Assembly: GCA_041736155.1 (NCBI GenBank)
Contig: JBGSUL010000035.1
Span: 2,100 to 66,099, forward strand
Reading direction: 5' to 3'
Origin: Bdellovibrionales bacterium
Lineage (GTDB): Bacteria > Bdellovibrionota > Bdellovibrionia > Bdellovibrionales > JAGQZY01
Length of the DNA: 64,000 nt
The translations under genes and the position numbers were made by a program. Every line of letters begins with the position of its first letter. Positions within the stretch are counted from its first letter, which is position 1. Under the pieces are notes generated by a model that was given only the letters and a program-made list of their open reading frames with translations, did not search any database and was not told the origin of the DNA. Below, one piece after another: positions 57,389-64,000 of this stretch.

Positions 57389-58570
57389 ATGCTTTTGCGC
57401 TGGTTCCTGTTCTTTACTTTCTCCTCCTGTTGTTGTTTTGCCGAAGCCGCACTCCGCTGCGATACTTTTTTTCCTCAAAATCTTATTAGCCCCTCTCTTG
57501 TTGACGACTCCGTTTCCTCTGAAGAAATCCAACAGATGATCGCGGAAAGCCGCAAGAGTCTTCGGGAGCAATCATTTCGTGTCTCTTATCAAGAATTTTT
57601 CGCACGTGTGCTCAATCAGCCCGCAGAGGCTTACGAATCCTTGAGTCCTCAAGAGAGCCTCGCTTATCTTACTTTGTTCGCGCGCTGGCGTCTGTTGCCC
57701 TCAGACAAATGGAGTGCTTTCTTTTTGCAGATCGTTGAGCGACAAATCTTTGAGTGGTCGAATGAAAGCTTTCTCACCTTTGCTCTGCAGAGAAAATTAA
57801 CCCCGTTGGTCTTTCCGGAATCTTTTGTGGCGTCTTACTACCAACGTTTGCGCGAAATTTTCCCGAGTCTAAATGTAACCACTCAGCTTGAAACCTTGTC
57901 GGCTGAACTTTATCACGACGGAGAGCTTAAACATTCGTTGAGTACTGAAGACTTGTCTTTTTTTATCAGAGTACTCACCGAAAATTTAAAAAACTTGCCT
58001 GAAAGCTTGCCAGGAAATTTACCTGCAAACTTACATATTAAACCTGTAAAAGAAATGTACCGTGGCCTGCTTTTTTTAAAGAACGATGTTCGTACTTCGC
58101 TCACCTACGAAATTTCACTCCTGATAGAGCAACTCGAAAGAAAACTGCAATATTATAATATATCTCTAGCGGACGGAGGTAAAAGTGGTGACACTCGCCA
58201 TCGTTCGTCCCCTGACGACTCTCGCTATCAGATCTTGGAGATCGACCTACAATTACTCTTTAGAGGTTCCGAGCTCATCACCGAGTATTCAGATGCCCAA
58301 CTACCGGGTTTTTATGATGCTGTAGATATTCTCGTTGTAGACGCTCGACTTGTTGTGGAGTGGGATGGTGGTCATCACTATTTTCGACCTCTCCTCATGG
58401 ATGGTTCGATTCTCAATGAGCAAGACGATCTGGTATTACGTCCCTTAGACCGCGCAAGGGATCGATTGCTGCGAACGCAAGGATATCGAATATTGCGGAT
58501 TTCTCCTCCCCTCGCAAATCAGCTTCATAATTTAGATATTGAGACTTTGATTAACGAGCAGAATCCGTAA
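57389..58570 (+). CDS. Protein with hydrophobic N-terminus, helical FAST-like repeats and a C-terminal RAP/DUF559-like PD-(D/E)XK domain
   Basis: C-terminus DAVDILVVDARLVVEWDGGHHYF..RPLDRARDRLLRTQGYRILRIS fits the D..(E)xDG..H...R..L...GY.vlR core of RAP/DUF559 endonuclease-like domains. The middle has repeats such as LSPQESLAYLTLFARWRLL and WSNESFLTFALQRKL. Confidence 0.55.
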   Translation: MLLRWFLFFTFSSCCCFAEAALRCDTFFPQNLISPSLVDDSVSSEEIQQMIAESRKSLREQSFRVSYQEFFARVLNQPAEAYESLSPQESLAYLTLFARWRLLPSDKWSAFFLQIVERQIFEWSNESFLTFALQRKLTPLVFPESFVASYYQRLREIFPSLNVTTQLETLSAELYHDGELKHSLSTEDLSFFIRVLTENLKNLPESLPGNLPANLHIKPVKEMYRGLLFLKNDVRTSLTYEISLLIEQLERKLQYYNISLADGGKSGDTRHRSSPDDSRYQILEIDLQLLFRGSELITEYSDAQLPGFYDAVDILVVDARLVVEWDGGHHYFRPLLMDGSILNEQDDLVLRPLDRARDRLLRTQGYRILRISPPLANQLHNLDIETLINEQNP

Positions 58571-58574
58571 GCTG

Positions 58575-58699
58575 AGATCCTTTGCCTCGCTCAGGATGAC
58601 GGAGGGAGACAGGTCCTTCTCTCTGCTCTGAACGACGCAGGCCTAGCCTGCGCTTCGCTCAAAAGTCTAACAAAGATTCCTGAGAGCAGCGAAGGATCT
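58575..58699. repeat. Composite cluster of REP-like units (two good inverted copies flanking two degenerate ones)
   Basis: AGATCCTTTGCCTCGCTCAGGAT (58575-58597). Degenerate AGGTCCTTCTCTCTGCTCTGAACG (58611-58634). CGCTTCGCTCAAAAG (58651-58665). Inverted AGATTCCTGAGAGCAGCGAAGGATCT (58674-58699). Together they fill the convergent gap 58571-58702. Confidence 0.65.
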
Positions 58700-58702
58700 C
58701 TC

Positions 58703-59488
58703 TTACTCTCCGAAGATCTTTTCGCAAATGAAATGTCTGCTAGGAAATTTAACGATTTCTGCGGTGGCGATACGTTGTGTTTTTTCATGCGTAGCGACCT
58801 CCGCCACTGGAAGCGCCGGGCGTTTGTACGCACCATAAAGCATTTCTTCACGATCCTGCGCTAACTGAGCCAACTCCTCCAGAGGAATCGATGCTGTGCT
58901 TTGTTTTTCAAAGCCAAAAGTTTGAGAACGTGTATCTTTTTGAATGTTCTCTGAGCCTCTATCTTGTACCCATGGCCCCCAGAAAATATATTTTCTTCTG
59001 TAATACTTTCGCACGAAAACATAATAAAGCTTCTCACCGTCGCGAATCAGACGTCGTTCTTCCCTACGCATGTGACGCTCGTTCTGATCCATTGTCGTTT
59101 CGGTTATGACAAGTACTCCCGGCTCTCCGTGATATTCGATGCTGCTCTTGTAACTACCATAACCGCCCATGTAGCGAACATCCCCTCGCAAAGACTCCTG
59201 TTCTTCTTTCGTTTCATGAAGTGCCAGAGGATACAAAAAATCTTGCCATATCATGACTGGGTTTCCACCCAGCTCCCATGCATGGAGAGTGTTCTCACTG
59301 AGAAACACGCTTATCACCTTTTCTCTTCCCTGTTCATCATGGGAAAAGTAGGTTCCTAAAAAGGGTTCGAGGATACTTTCGAGGTGAGCGTTAACTCCAG
59401 AATCTTTTGCAAAGACGACTGTGGGTGGAAGTAAAAAGAACACGACAAAGAACGCTCGCAAAATGTTTAATTTCTGATGAACTTGCAT
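58703..59488 (-). CDS. Secreted protein (261 aa), unknown
   Basis: The ATG at 59488 gives MQVHQKLNILRAFFVVFFLLPPTVVFA/KD, a signal peptide. The track start at 59575 adds 29 residues. Confidence 0.55.
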   Translation of the reverse strand: MQVHQKLNILRAFFVVFFLLPPTVVFAKDSGVNAHLESILEPFLGTYFSHDEQGREKVISVFLSENTLHAWELGGNPVMIWQDFLYPLALHETKEEQESLRGDVRYMGGYGSYKSSIEYHGEPGVLVITETTMDQNERHMRREERRLIRDGEKLYYVFVRKYYRRKYIFWGPWVQDRGSENIQKDTRSQTFGFEKQSTASIPLEELAQLAQDREEMLYGAYKRPALPVAEVATHEKTQRIATAEIVKFPSRHFICEKIFGE

Positions 59489-59594
59489 ACGACCACCGCT
59501 TTTGTTTGTGATCGGGAATATAGCTAGGTGTTTTGAGGACAGCGAGAAGTATGTGGGAACGAGTAAAGTTTTCATATTAAACGAGATACTTCGT

Positions 59595-60419
59595 TTAGCG
59601 GCATTGACGCCAAAGGAGGTGATACTGCATTTCGCCGTTGGGGGACGCGCCGATGGCCGCGTCGAGGGAATCGACGGTGCCCATCACATCTTCACCTTGC
59701 GCGTTGGTAACGGCAGCCGCCCGGGTTTCTATGCGTAGTTGTCCTGAACGTCCGCAAGGTGACCAAACGGGCTCTGTGGAAATGTCGGTCGATAAAGTGT
59801 ATTCGTCATCGAGAGGACCGCGAAAATCAAAGTGCCGGCGCACACGTCGACCAGCTTGTTTACCTGTTTGCGAATCGACAAACGAGTATAATGTAAAATA
59901 ACGAACGCGCGCATTGCGCGGAATCAAATTGTAACCACGATAATCTAATTTCACCACGGTAAACTGAACTCCCCGAGGCAATTCCAAAGGAACTTGTACC
60001 GTACAACTTTTCAAATCGCGTCGGTTACCGTAACTGCGTCCCGCTTGCACCACATAATTATCAAATAGAAGAGCGAGCGTTTTTTGATCCGGTGTGAGAC
60101 TCACGCCCACCGTTCCTTCGGGGCATCCACTGCCGCCCCATTGCGGTTTTTTAATCTGCAAACCTGGAACAAAAATCGATCCCGCATTTTTGGGTCTCTC
60201 TCCCCAACCGGGACGAAAAGGTTTCGCGCTTTCGTCGTTTTGCATTTGTGGCTCTGCGGATTCACCAGCATCGCCAATAACTGCGGCCCCCGGTGCTCCC
60301 ACAAAAGGAGCGCCAACAGCTGGCGCCCGCAAAGAATCGATAAAGTGAGGAGATCCTTTCCATTGAGCCTGACCTTCTTGGCTTAGCAACATCACAACAA
60401 CTAAAAATACAGACTTCAT
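59595..60419 (-). CDS. Secreted four-Cys protein, DUF4360-like, with Gly/Ala/Pro-rich N-terminal extension
   Basis: The ATG at 60419 (GGAGAG upstream) gives the signal peptide MKSVFLVVVMLLSQEGQA. Core GGSGCPEGTVG..KSC..KLDYRGY..VWSPCG..LLWRQC is paralogous to the next gene. Confidence 0.7.
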   Translation of the reverse strand: MKSVFLVVVMLLSQEGQAQWKGSPHFIDSLRAPAVGAPFVGAPGAAVIGDAGESAEPQMQNDESAKPFRPGWGERPKNAGSIFVPGLQIKKPQWGGSGCPEGTVGVSLTPDQKTLALLFDNYVVQAGRSYGNRRDLKSCTVQVPLELPRGVQFTVVKLDYRGYNLIPRNARVRYFTLYSFVDSQTGKQAGRRVRRHFDFRGPLDDEYTLSTDISTEPVWSPCGRSGQLRIETRAAAVTNAQGEDVMGTVDSLDAAIGASPNGEMQYHLLWRQCR

Positions 60420-60454
60420 GTGAGTTCTCTCCTCAAACAGTTTCGTTAGTAAGC

Positions 60455-61078
60455 TTAAATACACTTCCGCCATTGCAGCTGATAAATCATACCGGCAGCA
60501 ATGTCGGTACTGTCTACCGTTGCTAGAACGTCTTGGTTTTTAGAATTTGTTTTCGCCAACATCGAAGTATTGATGCGCAAATTCACGTCCTGACCACAAG
60601 CGGACCAAACGGCGGCAGAAAGAAGAAGTTGGTTCGACACTAAATAATCACGATCGACCGGCCCCATAAATGTGCGGGAGCCTTTAGGCCCTGTGCTGCT
60701 GCTGTTAAAACTTTTGAGAAAGTATTCCACAGAAAAACGCGCCATAGCACCCGCAGGTACATAAGTGTATCCACGATAATCCACTTTCAACACACTCACG
60801 CTATAACCCTGTGGAACATGAATCGGCACTGCCAAATTACAACTCTTGCGATCGAGGGCAACCCCTGCGCCTTTTCCCGCTTGCGCCATAAAGGCATCAA
60901 AAATAATACTCAGCACTTTGTTGTCAGGTGAGAGCGTCGCCCCGACAGTTCCTTGTGGACAGCCCGTTCCCCCATACGCTGGCTCACCCAAAGCAATATC
61001 ATCCGCTCTCGCGATCGTGCTCATTGCCATGCTCACGATACTCACTAAAGTAAATACTACGTTTCTCATTTGTCTCAT
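60455..61078 (-). CDS. Secreted four-Cys protein, DUF4360-like (207 aa)
   Basis: Signal peptide ..LVSIVSMAMSTIARA/DD. Core GGTGCPQGTVG..KSC..KVDYRGY..VWSACG..LQWRKC. RBS GAGGGGGA. Confidence 0.7.
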   Translation of the reverse strand: MRQMRNVVFTLVSIVSMAMSTIARADDIALGEPAYGGTGCPQGTVGATLSPDNKVLSIIFDAFMAQAGKGAGVALDRKSCNLAVPIHVPQGYSVSVLKVDYRGYTYVPAGAMARFSVEYFLKSFNSSSTGPKGSRTFMGPVDRDYLVSNQLLLSAAVWSACGQDVNLRINTSMLAKTNSKNQDVLATVDSTDIAAGMIYQLQWRKCI

Positions 61079-61147
61079 ATGTTCTCCCCCTCATTTTGAC
61101 GAACACCATGTTCATCAAGAGAGATCCAGTCTTAAAAATCTTCGCCG

Positions 61148-61164
61148 AAGTTGTCTAACAACTT
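61148..61164. promoter_or_regulatory. Perfect 17-bp palindrome in a divergent promoter region
   Basis: AAGTTGT-cta-ACAACTT, located 70 nt upstream of the 61078 start within the 326-nt divergent intergenic region. Confidence 0.35.
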
Positions 61165-61404
61165 TGCTATAAATTATTTCGATAACGATTATTACGTTCT
61201 ATTTTGAGTTTGCACATTCCCGCAGAAAACAAAGACCTTATCCTGTGTTTCAAAATGAGATTTAAGATCTTACACCGTGTTTTTCCGTTCACTACGTTTT
61301 CAACAATACTTAAATTGTCTGAAAACGGAGGTTCTTTCAGCCGTCAGAACTTGTACATTTTTGGCGAGATTAAGGTTTGCAGGACTTTTGCCCGTAAAGA
61401 ACAT

Positions 61405-62463
61405 ATGCGTTTCGTCCAGTGTCTACTTTTGATTTTCAGTCTATCTGCTTGTGGGAAGTTCTCTCCCCAGACCATGGGCTCATCTGAAGACAACGGATCG
61501 TTAGGTTTTCCCGATAGTGAATCCGTTACTGACATTGAGGACGACTCGACGACAACCAGTTCATTTAAACCCTCAATCTGTTCAGATCTCTCTTTTGATC
61601 AAGTGCAATGGCCGAAGAATATTTCTAGCAATCTGTTGATCTCTTTTGCTCTTTCTATGAATATCTCTGGAAGTTTTGAAGGCCACGATGGTTGGAATAA
61701 CATCTCTAATAACTTTGACGGCCAAGGTCTCAGTTTAGGATTATTTAATCAAAATTTAGGCCAAGGTTCCCTGCAACCGCTCTTGTTCACATTCCGCGAT
61801 AGCAATACCAAAAATATGCCCTTGGCATTTTCGTCCACACAAATTCAACAGGTAAATCAAATGCTCAACGCTTGGGGTGATAGCAGTGATGGGATTGTCT
61901 TAAGTAAAGTACAAAAGAGTTCTCATTATCTAAAAGACACCTCTCCTCTCGATAAGGAAGATTTTTTCTCTAGCAAAGCGTCCGACTCTACTAACCAGGC
62001 CAGTGTCGATTGGGCTGTCGCCACCCTTTATAATGGTTCCTCTTTTAAAACAGAATGGAAAACCTCCTTGCAAAAAATGGCGGCCCTCCCAGAATTTGTC
62101 ACCCTGCAAGTCGCAGCCGCAAAAGATATTCACAATAAAACTGTGGATTATATGGTTCGTCTAAAATTCAAAGAACTTCGCGCCTATCTCTTCTTTTATG
62201 ATGTCGTTGTTCAAAATGGCGGGGTCACGAGTGGTGTGGAAAGCCAATACCTCACTTGGTATCGCAGCAATCCAAACGCCACAGAATCTACGCGTCTAAA
62301 AAAGATTTTAGAGTATCGTCTCAATCTTGTGCGCTCCGAATACGTGAATGATGTGCGCGCGCGAAAACTCGCTGTGATTGATGGCTCTGGCACTGTGCAT
62401 GGAGCTAGTCGCAATTTTGTTAAAGAGTATTGCTCGCCCTCAGGCGCGACTCCTGTCCGCTAG
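61405..62463 (+). CDS. Lipoprotein (352 aa), unknown; possible glycan or peptidoglycan-active enzyme
   Basis: The ATG at 61405 gives MRFVQCLLLIFSLSAC (canonical lipobox). The motif NFDGQGLSLGLFNQNLGQGSLQPLL recalls lysozyme-like families, but I cannot place it. The track start at 61204 is rejected. Confidence 0.65.
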   Translation: MRFVQCLLLIFSLSACGKFSPQTMGSSEDNGSLGFPDSESVTDIEDDSTTTSSFKPSICSDLSFDQVQWPKNISSNLLISFALSMNISGSFEGHDGWNNISNNFDGQGLSLGLFNQNLGQGSLQPLLFTFRDSNTKNMPLAFSSTQIQQVNQMLNAWGDSSDGIVLSKVQKSSHYLKDTSPLDKEDFFSSKASDSTNQASVDWAVATLYNGSSFKTEWKTSLQKMAALPEFVTLQVAAAKDIHNKTVDYMVRLKFKELRAYLFFYDVVVQNGGVTSGVESQYLTWYRSNPNATESTRLKKILEYRLNLVRSEYVNDVRARKLAVIDGSGTVHGASRNFVKEYCSPSGATPVR

Positions 62464-62489
62464 ATGCGCTATGGATCAACCGACTACGA

Positions 62490-63272
62490 CTAAGCGGTTT
62501 GTGAATAAATAAGAAGAAGCCCCGCCAGCGCCCATAAATAATAACTAAAATATGTAAGCTTAATTTTACGAGTAAAAACAAATTGCAACATCGATAGCGA
62601 TACATACCCCACAACAAAAGAGACCACAGCTCCTATTATATAGGAGGACATATCGCTATCTGAGATCTTCGCATCATGGAGCTCCAACAAACACGCCCCA
62701 AAAACAGCTGGAATGGAAATCGCAAAACTATAAAATGCCGCCACCGGTCCTGAGCACGAAAAAATTAAAGCAGTCGCGATGGTTGAACCAGAACGACTCA
62801 ATCCTGGCAAAACAGCTAACCCTTGCGCTATGCCAATAAGAAAAGCTTTTTTTGCAGTGATTTGCTCCAACACATTGGCCAACGATACTTCCGTTTTTGC
62901 CATCGTATTTAAAGATCGCTGGGCATAGAACAAGGCTAAACCCGAAAGTGCAAAAAAAGCTGCAACAACAGCCAACGATGTGTTTTCAAAATCAAAATAC
63001 TTTTTCATCAGCAGACCAATGATGGCCGTAGGGACCGATGAAATAAAACCAATTTTTATAAAACGCCAATCGAACATCTTTAATAAATCGCGATAGTAAT
63101 AACAAAGCACAGAGAGCAATGTTCCCGCGTGGAGCGCGACGTTAAATGTCAGTGTCCCGCCGTTCATTCCCAAGATTTGTTCAAAAAGAACGAGATGCCC
63201 ATCACTGGAAATAGGTAAAAATTCTGAAATACCTTGAATGATTCCTAAAATGATTGAATGTAGATAGTCCAC
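62490..63272 (-). CDS. uppP: Undecaprenyl-diphosphatase
   Basis: The GTG at 63272 is preceded by GGAGG (7 nt). VDYLHSIILGIIQGISEFLPISSDGHL is the BacA/UppP signature. 260 aa with about 8 TM. The track's 71-aa N-terminal extension is rejected. Confidence 0.9.
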   Translation of the reverse strand: MDYLHSIILGIIQGISEFLPISSDGHLVLFEQILGMNGGTLTFNVALHAGTLLSVLCYYYRDLLKMFDWRFIKIGFISSVPTAIIGLLMKKYFDFENTSLAVVAAFFALSGLALFYAQRSLNTMAKTEVSLANVLEQITAKKAFLIGIAQGLAVLPGLSRSGSTIATALIFSCSGPVAAFYSFAISIPAVFGACLLELHDAKISDSDMSSYIIGAVVSFVVGYVSLSMLQFVFTRKIKLTYFSYYLWALAGLLLIYSQTA

Positions 63273-63304
63273 GATGATTCCTCCCTCAAGCACTTCGTAA
63301 GTTA

Positions 63305-64000
63305 CTAAGGAATAAGAATACGTTGGTTTTTTTCCAATTGCACTAAAATGCGCCCCGATTTTTTTTGTGTTTTCCACAGTAGTAGATACGTTTGATGGGC
63401 GAGAGCCTTCCGGTAGGGGGCGTACTGCTGCTCCACCAGCCCCCAACGTCCCTGTTTTTTTTGATAGATCATAATCTGCGACCATTGACGACTTCGTACA
63501 TCTAAAAAGAATTTTTCAGCTTTTTGTGAGGCTCGCACAGAAGGAATAATGGAAGGATGTAAAATGTGCGCAGGGAAAAGAAGGGCGGCCAGCACAAAAA
63601 CAAATATTCTCGGCCGCCACCGGGTCGACGTATCTTTTATGGCCTCTTTTGTTGCCTCCTGGGTGGTAAACAATGATGTCTGCTGCAGATTCCCCTGCTC
63701 CTTGAGCGCCTGCTGCTGTTGTACAACACGCGCCAATTGCGAACGACGCGCTTTTTCAGACTTTATTGGTAAAAAATCGCGCTCACTGAAGCTGCGTTTT
63801 AATAGAGAATTCTGATCCACCAGAAGTCGTGCTCTCTGAAAAGCCTCGTCGCGGGTCTTGACTGTGATCTCACTTTGCATTTCCTGTTGAATCAAACCCA
63901 ACGAAAACAGATCCGAAACAAAAGACAACGGCTCCCCTTCCCACCCCTCTACGGCAAGATAAGCCAACGTCGCACCTCTTCCCTGCAAAGAGCCGCTTAA
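63305..64000 (-). CDS. C-terminal part of a Ser/Thr-kinase-like membrane protein (5' end outside window)
   Basis: The frame is open to the window edge (..LSGSLQGRGATLAYLAVEGWEGEPLSFVSDLFSLGLI..). It resembles kinase subdomains VIII-IX (GTxxYxAPE / SDxxSLG) with APE replaced by AVE. A TM follows (IFVFVLAALLF) and then a roughly 85-aa tail. Confidence 0.5.
   Translation of the reverse strand, partial: LSGSLQGRGATLAYLAVEGWEGEPLSFVSDLFSLGLIQQEMQSEITVKTRDEAFQRARLLVDQNSLLKRSFSERDFLPIKSEKARRSQLARVVQQQQALKEQGNLQQTSLFTTQEATKEAIKDTSTRWRPRIFVFVLAALLFPAHILHPSIIPSVRASQKAEKFFLDVRSRQWSQIMIYQKKQGRWGLVEQQYAPYRKALAHQTYLLLWKTQKKSGRILVQLEKNQRILIP

Noticed and set aside
58591-58851. 86-aa minus-strand ORF
   Set aside because: It is composed of the REP-like repeat cluster plus the antisense 3' end of the neighbouring gene, with no start context.
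61204-61404. 67-residue extension of the 61405 lipoprotein ORF
   Set aside because: Same logic: the internal ATG gives MRFVQCLLLIFSLSAC, and the upstream part lies in the divergent promoter region.
63273-63485. 71-residue extension of uppP overlapping the kinase-like gene
   Set aside because: The GTG at 63272 with GGAGG 7 nt upstream gives the canonical UppP N-terminus. The extension is not membrane-like and overlaps the neighbouring CDS.

Overview
Dense, mostly chromosomal 64-kb window from a diderm (Gram-negative) bacterium: about 55 protein genes, one tRNA-Phe, and no rRNA, CRISPR array, transposase, integrase or phage genes that I can recognise. Long co-directional, often start/stop-overlapping operons dominate. 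Confident housekeeping blocks are clpP-clpX-lon, pepA, tig, pabA plus a pabB-pabC fusion, ftsE-ftsX-envC-like-ctpA, an Rrf2 regulator with sufB-sufC-sufD-sufS-nfu, tolQ-tolR-tolA-like-tolB followed by glnE, a cyclophilin, a cystathionine beta-synthase / gamma-lyase pair, and uppP. The many secreted or lipidated HEXXH peptidases and the overall gene repertoire suggest a Bdellovibrionota/Oligoflexia-like organism, but this is only an impression and was not verified. The least ordinary parts follow. (1) At the left end (1-10783) is a tightly packed four-gene operon: a 1335-aa lipoprotein with a complete metzincin site, a 1298-aa lipoprotein, a 303-aa outer-membrane beta-barrel, and a second large lipoprotein paralogous to the 1298-aa one. 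I found this last gene by hand translation; it runs off the window and is missing from the ORF track. A triple direct repeat lies in the promoter, and a receiver-less TPR plus winged-helix regulator lies just upstream. This is my best candidate for an undescribed surface or outer-membrane system. (2) A six-gene operon is led by two ArsA/Get3-like ATPases. (3) The right-hand region (55-62.5 kb) holds secreted proteins of unknown function: a DUF898-M48 pair, a signal-peptide protein with FASTK/RAP-like (PD-(D/E)XK) features, tandem four-cysteine paralogs, and lipoproteins. (4) A REP-like palindromic repeat family sits in several intergenic gaps. All family names come from motif recognition by eye. 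No database search was run.
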